Positions 7,161 to 16,102 of a DNA stretch of 30,337 bases are shown piece by piece (within the stretch, counting starts at the first letter, position 1; the number at the start of each line of letters is the position of its first letter). The stretch comes from a virus (lineage: Duplodnaviria; Caudoviricetes), in the IMG/VR virus record IMGVR_UViG_3300025718_000221, positions 1 through 30,337 of that record; one strand, written 5' to 3'. The translations under genes were made by a program, and so were the position numbers. The notes beneath the pieces are model-generated. The model was not told the origin of the DNA, did no database searches, and saw only the letters and a program-made list of their open reading frames with translations.

Positions 7161-7456
7161 TTTAATTACATAGAACAATGTACATTGAAAACTGAATAAT
7201 ATAACACTATATAATGAAATCCTTTGGGGAACATATGAGAGTTATGGAGCAATAAAATATGATTGGTTTAAGGAAAGAACTGAAGAACTGTGTAAATACC
7301 TTATAGATATAAAAAAAGAATACAAATTAGTATCAACATTAGATGATTTAGAAAATTTATTATACTATATGGAAAAATAACATCAAGGGCAGGGAGTCTA
7401 ATTCTCTTTGCTCTATTATCAATTTAATACAATATAAAATAATAAAAATAAGAGGA

Positions 7457-8287
7457 GTGTTAATGATGAAAGGTACAAAAAATAAGATAAAGAAAATGGG
7501 CAAAGGAGAAATTAAGTTAATAAAAGATTTTAAAGATACACAAATTGAAATAGAAGATTATTTTTTAACAGTTGCTTCAGATAAAATTCTTGATTTCGTA
7601 GATAAAAAAGGACAAGAAAAATATAATTTGATGCATGATTTAATTAAAAAACTAAAAGAAATAATGTCAAAAATGATTGATTTTGAGAGTTATGAATTAA
7701 ATATGGAAGAATACGAGAAAACATATTATGAAATAGCTTATTTAAAGGTTGAAGCAGAGGAGTATTTTAACAAAGAAGGAGAATTTGTGCCAGATATGAC
7801 TGATGAGATAATAATACAAACACTACCCAATCTAGGTAAATTACAACAACTTATTACTAAAGGTAAAATTATTGGATATAGTAAAACAGTTAATAATCTA
7901 AGATTTGAAAATAAAAAGTTTGTTGAACGAATCCAATATATAATTAATATGAGTTTCAGAGAAACTGCAAGGGAATATATGAATAATATATATGATTTAA
8001 TAAATAATGTACAAGAAATAACAAATGCAAAAGCTGATATATATGATGAATTGAAAAAACTTAATACTACTGAAGAAATTAAGAAACAAAAAATGAAGAA
8101 GATATTAGATTGTGATGTAATGGATGATTTGTTATTAGAAAGTGGTTATGAACCAATACGTCAAAATGGCTCACATTTAATTTATAGTGATGGTGTTAAT
8201 AGTATTCCAGTACCTCAACATGGGACTTTAAATAAAGGATTAGGCTATGAAATACAAAAACAAATATTAAATAATGAAGAAGAATAA
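7457..8287 (+). CDS. Helical N-terminal region fused to a C-terminal HicA-like mRNA interferase domain
   Basis: C-terminal LLLESGYEPIRQNGSHLIYSDGVNSIPVPQHGTLNKGLGYEIQKQI matches the HicA G(F/Y)..R..GSH..VP.H..L..G...I.KQ pattern. Confidence 0.8.
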   Translation: MLMMKGTKNKIKKMGKGEIKLIKDFKDTQIEIEDYFLTVASDKILDFVDKKGQEKYNLMHDLIKKLKEIMSKMIDFESYELNMEEYEKTYYEIAYLKVEAEEYFNKEGEFVPDMTDEIIIQTLPNLGKLQQLITKGKIIGYSKTVNNLRFENKKFVERIQYIINMSFRETAREYMNNIYDLINNVQEITNAKADIYDELKKLNTTEEIKKQKMKKILDCDVMDDLLLESGYEPIRQNGSHLIYSDGVNSIPVPQHGTLNKGLGYEIQKQILNNEEE

Positions 8288-8288
8288 A

Positions 8289-8330
8289 TAGACTAGACCA
8301 AGGAGAGCAACTTCTCCTTGGTGCTATCTA
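8289..8330 (+). other. Intergenic stem-loop without U tract (processing or stability hairpin)
   Basis: accaaggaga (8297-8306) / tctccttggt (8313-8322), extendable outwards. Confidence 0.5.
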
Positions 8331-8360
8331 ATAATTGAAAATAGAAATATAAGAAGGAGA

Positions 8361-8570
8361 ATGATGATAATAATGAAAAAAATTAATGGAGACGTATTCT
8401 GTGCAAAAAAATCGCACCTCGCAGGATACTTAATGATGAATGGATTTAACTTAAAGAGGATGCCCAAGGATGAAAGAAATTCTAACTATAATGTGTACAT
8501 ATTTAATAACTCCCCTGAGTTAGAGATAGTTGTAGATAAATATTTTAAGGAATTTAGTGTAAACAACTAA
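8361..8570 (+). CDS. Small phage protein, DUF5659-like
   Basis: LAGYLMMNGF.L....D......VYIF..S.EL pattern, recalled from Firmicutes phage proteins next to replication genes; AAGGAG RBS. Confidence 0.65.
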   Translation: MMIIMKKINGDVFCAKKSHLAGYLMMNGFNLKRMPKDERNSNYNVYIFNNSPELEIVVDKYFKEFSVNN

Positions 8571-8587
8571 ATAAGGGGGTAACGATT

Positions 8588-10465
8588 TTGGTAGCAAAAA
8601 TAAAAGGAGAATATAGTATTAACAAAAATGATAAAGAATTAATGGAAATGGTAAAAGACATAACTAGACCATTTGGCGAATTAAATAGTAGCAATAAATT
8701 TAAAGTCTACACTTTAGAAACTGCACGAGGTAAGACAACAGGTAGTGTTTATAGTATTGTAGAAGACATTAAAAAACATGGAGCCACAGGAAAGAGAATT
8801 GTATTTGTAAGTAAATTAAAAAAAGAGTGCATTGATTTTGCTACTCAAGTAAATAAAAAAACTAATGAAAGTTATGCAATTGCATATATTCCAAGTGCTG
8901 AAGACGAAGAAAAGAAGAATAAAAATATAACAAGTAATTTCAATGAATGTTTAACTAAAAAGATTATAACAATAACACATTCCATGTTTATTAGATTATG
9001 TCAGGCAAATACATTAAGATATATAAAAATGAAAGACCAATTAGAGGAAAATTTTAATTCATTACTTGTCGATGAACAAATAGACAATGTAAATAGTACA
9101 TATACAACTTTTTCTGAAATTGAACATAACCAAGTATTAAATATATTTAAATCACATAATGAAATAAAAAAAATATATAAGAAAATATGCGAACCACTTC
9201 TTGAATTAATAGATAATAATAATTTTAATAATGGAATGATGCACAGAGTTACATATGCAGATGAATTTGATAGTGTTGATTTTTCTATAGAAAAACAATG
9301 TGAAACGATAAATAATTTTATAGAAAAAAATATTGTTGATGAATCATTAGAAGATTATGGCATTGATAGTAATTACATAATGACCAAAAGTGATTTAACT
9401 AAATTTATTGATGGGATAGCATTATTTTATACTGAAATAGAAAACGATAATGTTCTAATAAATTCAGAATATAAAACTATTTACACATATAATAGTGAGT
9501 TTGAATTTATAAAACTAAAAAACAATTTTTGGTTAGATGCTTCTGCGAAATTTAATAGTATGTATAAACTAGATGAAAATTTCTTTGATGTTGTTGATAG
9601 TACTAGAATAATAGACCACACAAATTGCAACTTCTACTATCATAGGGAGAATACATCTAAAAGTTTCAAACAAAGAAATGATATTACAAAGTTTAGAAAA
9701 GATAAAATAAAATATATCCTGGAGCATAGTAAAAAAGACAGCAAGATATTAATTTTATCAAGTAAAACGGAGTGTAGTCAACTTGAGAAAAATCACATTG
9801 ATAAAGAATTTACTGATAAATTTGAGGAATATGCATTTCTTAACTTTGATAATATGCGAGGGATTAATAATTATGGTGATTATAATTATTGTTACATTCT
9901 ACAAACTCCAAGAAAACAAATACCATATTACATATTTCTATATGAATACTGGACTAAAACTAAACTAACTGATGCTGAAATGGAAACTAGTAAAATTAAT
10001 GGGAATGAAGACTGGGGATTTAAAAATCATAAAGAATTACAACAATTAATGACTGATGATATAGCATCAAGTTTTTATCAAAGTTGTAAAAGAATAGCTA
10101 GAAGCAATGAACCAGTGGGGTATTTTCATATATTTTGTAAAATTGATAAGGCGGTTTTAATTACGTTGAAACAACTTTATAATATTAAGGCTTGTACAGA
10201 TGGAAAATTAACCGATTATGATAATAGTGAAAGAAAGAAAAACAGTTACGTGTCAAAATTTATTGAATTAGTGAAAACACTAAACGAAGGCTCATATAAA
10301 AAGAAAGATATTTGTATCGAATTGGGTATGAAAGATAGTAAACATTTTTCAGATAAAGTTTATAAAGATGATGCAAAAGTGTTTATAAAAAAGTATGAAA
10401 ATAATGTGAAAATTAGAGGGCAAGATATTATAATTTTAGAAAAACTCCCCTTGAATTGTAATTAA
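8588..10465 (+). CDS. SF2 helicase-like protein, probable replication/origin-binding protein
   Basis: Walker A ETARGKTT, Ia IVFVS, Ib ITITH, Walker B LLVDEQ, III LDASA, V MRGINNY, VI-like QSCKRIAR; possible C-terminal HTH (YKKKDICIELGM). Confidence 0.7.
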   Translation: MVAKIKGEYSINKNDKELMEMVKDITRPFGELNSSNKFKVYTLETARGKTTGSVYSIVEDIKKHGATGKRIVFVSKLKKECIDFATQVNKKTNESYAIAYIPSAEDEEKKNKNITSNFNECLTKKIITITHSMFIRLCQANTLRYIKMKDQLEENFNSLLVDEQIDNVNSTYTTFSEIEHNQVLNIFKSHNEIKKIYKKICEPLLELIDNNNFNNGMMHRVTYADEFDSVDFSIEKQCETINNFIEKNIVDESLEDYGIDSNYIMTKSDLTKFIDGIALFYTEIENDNVLINSEYKTIYTYNSEFEFIKLKNNFWLDASAKFNSMYKLDENFFDVVDSTRIIDHTNCNFYYHRENTSKSFKQRNDITKFRKDKIKYILEHSKKDSKILILSSKTECSQLEKNHIDKEFTDKFEEYAFLNFDNMRGINNYGDYNYCYILQTPRKQIPYYIFLYEYWTKTKLTDAEMETSKINGNEDWGFKNHKELQQLMTDDIASSFYQSCKRIARSNEPVGYFHIFCKIDKAVLITLKQLYNIKACTDGKLTDYDNSERKKNSYVSKFIELVKTLNEGSYKKKDICIELGMKDSKHFSDKVYKDDAKVFIKKYENNVKIRGQDIIILEKLPLNCN

Positions 10466-10530
10466 TATATATATACATTTAAGTGGGACTTTTTAAGAAA
10501 ATAAGAAAATAAGAAAAATAAAAATTTAAC

Positions 10531-10703
10531 ATAGTCTTCGCCACGGTGGCGAAACAAGTAGGAATCATAGTAAACTCTTCAGATTATGAAGCGAGAGCGA
10601 AATAAGCTGAGCAGAGTTTCATTATGACTATTAACTCTACAGTAAATAAAAGAAAGGTCAAGTTCAAAAGATATCGTGGTGGAAAAGAACCACCCCGAAC
10701 GAT
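10531..10703. other. GC-enriched hairpin cluster: candidate origin or structured RNA leader of the RNAP gene
   Basis: ttcgcca-cgg-tggcgaa (10537-10553); long bulged stem 10565-10627; atagtc/gactat closing pair; atcg-tggtgg...ccacc-cgat (about 10673-10702). Confidence 0.5.
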
Positions 10704-10788
10704 TACATATTTAAATATTTAAAATTACATAGAATAATTGCAGCGAGATCCAAAATAAATAATAAGAAATTCGAGGAGGAATATAATA

Positions 10789-13700
10789 ATGATAGCAAAT
10801 AAACAGGTTCAAATATACAGTGTAGGTGGTAATTACTTTTATAATAAGGAAGAAAATAAAATACATAGTGAAATGCTTAATGAAATGAATATAATAGGTG
10901 CTTTAGAAAGATTCGCTTTATATAGCGCGTTAGAAGAAGCAGAGAAAAAGAAATATACATTTAATTCTTATGAGGATATTAAAAACTTATATGAAATGAG
11001 ATGGAGTAAAGATTTTACTGATGAAGAAGAGAAACTTTTTAATAGTAAAAAATATATAAAGAGATATTTCACTGGTATTGAAAAAAAATATAATGATAGA
11101 TTTGAAGAAATAAAACTAGCTTTAAAGGATAATAATGATATTTACATAAATGCAAATAAACTAAAAGAAGACAAGAAAAAAGAATTAGATTTAGTATTAA
11201 AAGAAAATAATGAGGTTAGAAAATTGAATACAACTAAATTAAGTAAATACGATAAGATAAGTTTATTTGATAGCAATTTAATTAGAGTGATGGAATTAGA
11301 ATTTAATAAGTTGAGCAAAGAGTTATTAATTGTAGAAATAACTCAGCACATTATAATGGATAGTATAATTTCTAAAGGGTTTGATTGGGAAAAAGAAAAT
11401 GGTGAATTAGAACATTACATATTTCTAGTTTCTTCAGCCGGTCAAGTCAGAAAACAAAAATTAGTTATGATTTCTGAAACTAAATATAAAAAAATAGCCG
11501 ATATATTAACTGCTGGATTAACATTAGAGATTATAAATAGTAAAGAAAATGGCGGTTGTAATGTTAATAAATATTTGGCATATTTGAGTTTGAATTCGTC
11601 AAGTTCAGAAGTGTGGGAAAATTTTAATATTGATGAATGCATAGTTTTAAATGATTTTGAATCAGAAGTTATTGGTACAGTAGATTATATTGGAACTAAG
11701 GAAGTAGAGCAGACTTTTGATAAATTAGATACAAAAGGTAATAAATATTTTAATGAAAATGGTAAGATAGTAAAAGAAAAAAGAACAGTAAAAGCTTTAA
11801 CAGAAGTTGAAAGAGTTCCTGATATGAGAGTTCCTATAGAACATTCTGATGGATGTGGTTGGATATTACCTGAGTTATCTGAAGTTAATTTTATGTGTAG
11901 GTTAAATTGGATTAAAGGATTACTAACACCTTGCGATTACATAAAGTGGATTGAGTTATTTAATGAGGGTAATTATAAAGTGACTGATATTGATGATAGA
12001 GAATGGGATTTAAAAGAGGATAATATAAAAGTTATTTTCTTTAAGTCGCAATTCAAGATGCACAAATATTACAAGAATATATTAAATGAAAACGGAGAAA
12101 TAGTTAAATATGGTTGGGACGTATACAAGGATAATTTCAAAGGTAAAAATGGTTGGGATATAACTAGCAGTAAAGTAATAAGAAAAGCTTGTGTAGCTAA
12201 TAAATGTAACGAAGAACCAAAGAATGTTAAAGATTTTAAGCAAGCTAGATTTACATATCAGATGCTTCAGACCTTGGTAAATATGAAAGAGGATGAATTA
12301 AAGGAGTTCACTAATCCAATTAAGGATTTAGTTGGAAAAGCTTATGTAAATAGAAAGACACAATTAAACTTGTTAGGAGCTACTAAGACAAATAAAAAGT
12401 TAACTAATTTTCAAAATGCATTAATGTTATATCCTGCATTGCTTAAAGACGAACATGTAAAAGAAGAATTAAGTACTAAAATAACAGCTTTAAAGAATGA
12501 TGCAAGAGAAGGAAAATTTTCTATTAAGGGTAGTGCATATACATTTATTATTCCAGATGTGTTTGCATGGATGCAAAATATATTTTTAGGACAAGAAAAT
12601 CCTTGTGGATTACTTGAAGATGGTCAAGTTTATTGTAATATATTTAAAGAAGAAAATGAGTTGCTTGTAAATCGGTCGCCCCATTGCTATGCAGAACACG
12701 CTGTAAGAAAGAATTTTACAGGAAGCATAAAGTATCAAGATAAAGAAGTCCTATTATCAGATTGGTTTATAACAAATGGAGTTTATACTTCAAGCCATGA
12801 CCTAATCACAAAATTAATCCAAAATGATAATGATGGCGATAAATCCCTCGTAATAAAAGGAAGTTTAGTAGCTATAGCCGATAGGGAGATGAAAGCTATG
12901 AATGTAGTTCCCCTGTATTATGAAATGGAAAAAGCTGATGCAGAAGTAATTAATGAAGATAGTATCATAAAATCATTAAAGAGTGCTTTTAAATTTGGTA
13001 ATATTGGTACATATTCAAATAAATTAACTAAGATATGGAACAGCGAGGAAAGAGATGTTAAAACTGCAAAAATTCTTTGTGCACTAAATAACTTTTTTAT
13101 TGACGGAGCCAAAACTAATTATTGTCCTGAGGTATTCAGTTCAGTAAAAGAAGAAGTAAAAGAATTTAAGATAGACCAAAGAACAATATTATTACAAAGA
13201 GTTGAGGCATTAAAGGCTGAACAAAAGTTAGAAAAACAAAAGATATTATTCACTATAATCGGTAAGGAAGCTAAAAAAGCTAAACGAACAGAATTAAACG
13301 AGTTATATAAAGAAGGAATAGTAAATTTAAAAATTAAGTTAAATTTTGAAAATACTATAAAAGTTGCTGAAAAGAAAGAGGATATATTAAAAACTGATAT
13401 GTCTTATAAGATTAAAACGTCTGATAAAGATAAATTACCTTACTTTTTTAAATATGCTAAAAATATGAAAACAAGTGAAGTAGAAGAAATGAACGATAGT
13501 ACCGTAAATAAAGCTTGTAAGTTAATAGATGAGATTCCTCAAGGAACATATAATTTTGGAGAAGATAAGTTTAATTCTCATTATTTAGCTAATAATTTTA
13601 AAATTAGTACTACGACAGAAGTAGCAGTGGCTATAATTGAAAAGTATAAAATACTAAACAATCAAATGAAAAGTTATTTTGCACAAGCTAAGGAGGATGA

Positions 13701-14076
13701 TTCTGAAAAGGATGGCGTTAAAATAGCAATTGCAGCGAGAGTTTATGCAACTATAAGGAATGATTTTGAAGTGTTTGTAAAGGAATTAGGAATAGATATA
13801 GTAGATGCTACAGACATAGTTGTAAGAAATATCTATAGGAATAATCCTGGTTGTAAGAAAGCATTTTTGTTTGATGTATTGGGAGATATTATATTAACCA
13901 ATATACAGAAAAACATTAAAGTTAAAACACCAAGGAAAAGTGCTAAGAAAGGGTTCCTATTCTGTAGTGTTTGTGGAAAAGAAGTTAAGAGAGAAAGTAA
14001 TAGACAAAAAATGTGCAAGGAATGTGCTAAAGAACTAATAAAAGCCAAGGATAAGAAAAGAAAATCTAAAAAATAA
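10789..14076 (+). CDS. YonO-like single-subunit two-barrel RNA polymerase (homologue of eukaryotic RNAi RdRPs), probable late-gene DNA-dependent RNAP
   Basis: SSAGQVR, HSDGCGWI, FMCRLNWIKGLL, KSQFKM, VNRSPH, catalytic DNDGD (12826-12840), IDGAKT, LPYFFKY; C-terminal CxxC-x13-CxxC Zn finger. Confidence 0.88.
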   Translation: MIANKQVQIYSVGGNYFYNKEENKIHSEMLNEMNIIGALERFALYSALEEAEKKKYTFNSYEDIKNLYEMRWSKDFTDEEEKLFNSKKYIKRYFTGIEKKYNDRFEEIKLALKDNNDIYINANKLKEDKKKELDLVLKENNEVRKLNTTKLSKYDKISLFDSNLIRVMELEFNKLSKELLIVEITQHIIMDSIISKGFDWEKENGELEHYIFLVSSAGQVRKQKLVMISETKYKKIADILTAGLTLEIINSKENGGCNVNKYLAYLSLNSSSSEVWENFNIDECIVLNDFESEVIGTVDYIGTKEVEQTFDKLDTKGNKYFNENGKIVKEKRTVKALTEVERVPDMRVPIEHSDGCGWILPELSEVNFMCRLNWIKGLLTPCDYIKWIELFNEGNYKVTDIDDREWDLKEDNIKVIFFKSQFKMHKYYKNILNENGEIVKYGWDVYKDNFKGKNGWDITSSKVIRKACVANKCNEEPKNVKDFKQARFTYQMLQTLVNMKEDELKEFTNPIKDLVGKAYVNRKTQLNLLGATKTNKKLTNFQNALMLYPALLKDEHVKEELSTKITALKNDAREGKFSIKGSAYTFIIPDVFAWMQNIFLGQENPCGLLEDGQVYCNIFKEENELLVNRSPHCYAEHAVRKNFTGSIKYQDKEVLLSDWFITNGVYTSSHDLITKLIQNDNDGDKSLVIKGSLVAIADREMKAMNVVPLYYEMEKADAEVINEDSIIKSLKSAFKFGNIGTYSNKLTKIWNSEERDVKTAKILCALNNFFIDGAKTNYCPEVFSSVKEEVKEFKIDQRTILLQRVEALKAEQKLEKQKILFTIIGKEAKKAKRTELNELYKEGIVNLKIKLNFENTIKVAEKKEDILKTDMSYKIKTSDKDKLPYFFKYAKNMKTSEVEEMNDSTVNKACKLIDEIPQGTYNFGEDKFNSHYLANNFKISTTTEVAVAIIEKYKILNNQMKSYFAQAKEDDSEKDGVKIAIAARVYATIRNDFEVFVKELGIDIVDATDIVVRNIYRNNPGCKKAFLFDVLGDIILTNIQKNIKVKTPRKSAKKGFLFCSVCGKEVKRESNRQKMCKECAKELIKAKDKKRKSKK

Positions 14077-14085
14077 ATATTATAT

Positions 14086-14117
14086 AGAGGTAGTTGAAAC
14101 AAACTATCTCTTTTTTT
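14086..14117 (+). terminator. Intrinsic terminator after the RNAP gene
   Basis: agaggtagtt / aactatctct stem followed by a T run. Confidence 0.8.
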
Positions 14118-14328
14118 ATGTTATAAATTCCACATTTAGAAAAAAGATACATGGTCAGTTTATACCTATTTTGCGACACTTTATGTCAATTATTAGAAAA
14201 ATAACTCAAAAAATAAAATAAAAATAGTGGCTATAAGCGTTGGTATATAAGGCTTTAGAAGCAATTTTAGACTTGTTATATATATGGAATAGCATCATAA
14301 TAATTAGTAAATAAAATTACTCAATTAT

Positions 14329-14358
14329 AGTATAACATAAATAAAAGTAAAGTGTCAA
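14329..14358 (-). promoter_or_regulatory. Leftward sigma-A promoter with no downstream gene
   Basis: Minus strand TTGACA, 18 bp, TATACT with extended TGn. Confidence 0.55.
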
Positions 14359-14403
14359 TAGATTTTGAAAAATAGTAATAAACTATAAAAATATAAGGGA
14401 AGG

Positions 14404-14601
14404 GTGGCAGTGATGAATGAATTAACAAATAATATAGTACGAGAAAAATTACAAAAGTACTTACTTAAATATGGAGTTAAGCAAAGTTTCTTTGCAATAA
14501 ATACAGGTCTAAGTGATTGCTCTATAAGTAAATTCTTGTGCAATGAGAGAGATTTAAATATAATATATCTTAAAAAAATAAATGAACTGATTAAAAAATA
14601 A
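14404..14601 (+). CDS. XRE/Cro-like helix-turn-helix protein
   Basis: LQKYLLKYGVKQSFFAINTGLSDCSISKFLCNERDL fits the HTH_3 pattern. Confidence 0.8.
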   Translation: MAVMNELTNNIVREKLQKYLLKYGVKQSFFAINTGLSDCSISKFLCNERDLNIIYLKKINELIKK

Positions 14602-14610
14602 ATTAAGAGG

Positions 14611-14727
14611 ATGGTGAGAAATTATAACAAAATAATTGTCCCATTTATACAAATTTACAAAGGCGAGAAAGGTGGTAGAGTAGGAGACCAAAATAGAAAA
14701 ATGCCAGAGGTTATAAAGCAAAAATAA
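14611..14727 (+). CDS. Possible 38-aa ORF
   Basis: Open frame MVRNYNKIIVPFIQIYKGEKGGRVGDQNRKMPEVIKQK after AAGAGG; RBS spacing is poor. Confidence 0.25.
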   Translation: MVRNYNKIIVPFIQIYKGEKGGRVGDQNRKMPEVIKQK

Positions 14728-14740
14728 GTTATAAAAAATT

Positions 14741-15184
14741 ATGGAATATCAAGAATGGAAACAAAAATATTATACAGGAAACGAATCATATTTTAAGAAG
14801 TATTATGAGAAATTTAGAGAAGAGAATACTAGACATTGCATTTATTTTATTGTAACTGAGGAATTAAAAGTTAAGTACTGTGGTTCGACTGACAATATGT
14901 ATGCTCGGGAAATTTCACATATGAATGGATTTTCTTCTGTAGAATTAACTGAAGAAAAATGGAATGCTAATAAATTAGATCACTTTGAAGTTGCATGGTG
15001 TGATGGAGTTACAAAACAGGAAAGATTATATATGGAATATTATCTAATAGAAAAATATTCTGATAATGATTTATTAAATGAATATGAGCCGTATAAGGTT
15101 AAGTTTAAAGATATAGAAGAATTAAAAAAATGTGAACTAGAAGAGATGGCTGAAGCTTTAGTGTTTAATATTTATAAAAGATAA
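14741..15184 (+). CDS. GIY-YIG nuclease family protein
   Basis: CIYFI..KYCGST....R...H, then E (LYMEYYLI) and N (LLNE); no clear SD before ATG 14741. Confidence 0.8.
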   Translation: MEYQEWKQKYYTGNESYFKKYYEKFREENTRHCIYFIVTEELKVKYCGSTDNMYAREISHMNGFSSVELTEEKWNANKLDHFEVAWCDGVTKQERLYMEYYLIEKYSDNDLLNEYEPYKVKFKDIEELKKCELEEMAEALVFNIYKR

Positions 15185-15264
15185 CAATACATCAACTATA
15201 CTATAACACAAAAACTATATTAACACAATAAAAAATAATAAATAAAAAAGGATGGTAATTAAAA

Positions 15265-15417
15265 ATGGAAGATAAAATATTAGTATGCCAAGATTGTCAA
15301 GAAGAATTTACATTTACTGAGGGAGAACAAGATTTCTACGGAGAAAAAGAATGGGACGACCCAATAAGATGCCCACAATGTCGTAGAGAAAGAAAACAAA
15401 AAAGAAATAATTATTAA
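15265..15417 (+). CDS. Zinc-ribbon protein (zf-trcl-like), 50 aa, absent from the ORF track
   Basis: My translation: MEDKILVCQDCQEEFTFTEGEQDFYGEKEWDDPIRCPQCRRERKQKRNNY; AAGGATGG RBS. Confidence 0.88.
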   Translation: MEDKILVCQDCQEEFTFTEGEQDFYGEKEWDDPIRCPQCRRERKQKRNNY

Positions 15418-15815
15418 GTATGTTTTTAGGTCATATAATTAATTTTATATGGCTCATAAAGCACACTTAAATGTGGTGCTTTATTTGTAATTGTACATGA
15501 TACCTCTTGTACTTCTACAACTGAATTGACTTATGTTTTTATCGTTTGTACATTCGGAGTATCGTAATAGATGCTCAATTCCTCCGAAGTTTAAAATGTG
15601 CTGAGTGTGAAGGTTTTGCAGGGATAATTTCCTTTGGGAGTCATTGCCCATTTCACATAAGTGTTAGGGTTCACAATAAAAAACCCTTTAAAGTTAATTA
15701 AAATTAAAATAGAGTTGCAACTTAAATGTGTGCATACTCAAAGAATTAACTTCTTTTTTAATCTAATAATATGCAACGGGATTCATACCCTCGTTGCACT
15801 CCTTAAAAGATTATA
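15415..15815 (+). ncRNA. Candidate large structured noncoding RNA, family not recognised
   Basis: No ORF; at least eight nested or adjacent stems; two different stems carry the identical loop ACTTAAATGTG; G-U pairs favour the + strand. Confidence 0.55.
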
Positions 15816-15877
15816 ATTGCAATTGTATTTTGATTTTAAAAAATAAATAATAAGAATAAAAGGAGATAAGATTAAAA

Positions 15878-16102
15878 ATGGACTATGAATTTCAACACAA
15901 AAACACTAATGTAAAGAAAAAAACCGAAGAGCAAAAGAGGATAGATTTAGAAAAAATGTTACTTAAATTAGATAAAGAACATAAAAGTAGAGGTTCTGCA
16001 AAAACAGAATTTAGAAATAAAAGAGAAAAAACAAAGGATAAATTACGTAATACTAAAGATAGAAAAGCCTCTGAGAAAAAAGCAAAGCAAGGTGATAAAT
16101 AA
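15878..16102 (+). CDS. Basic (Lys/Arg-rich) hypothetical protein
   Basis: AAGGAG RBS; first gene of the late cluster. Confidence 0.7.
   Translation: MDYEFQHKNTNVKKKTEEQKRIDLEKMLLKLDKEHKSRGSAKTEFRNKREKTKDKLRNTKDRKASEKKAKQGDK

Noticed and set aside
7189-7380. Open frame (..ILWGTYESYGAIKYDWFKERTEELCKYLIDIK..) between the protease and HicA-fusion genes
   Set aside because: No good start codon with an RBS; could be a gene remnant but cannot be supported as a CDS.
10789-14076. RNA-dependent RNA polymerase or RNAi-like system
   Set aside because: The characterised phage homologue YonO is DNA dependent, the position before late genes fits that role, and no Argonaute or similar partner is present.
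14225-14265. gtggctataagcgttggtatataaggctttagaagc as an att or recombination site
   Set aside because: Only a weak dyad, single copy, and no recombinase in the window.
14741-15815. GIY-YIG plus structured RNA as a group I intron
   Set aside because: No interrupted host gene and no recognisable P7 core; another ORF separates the two.
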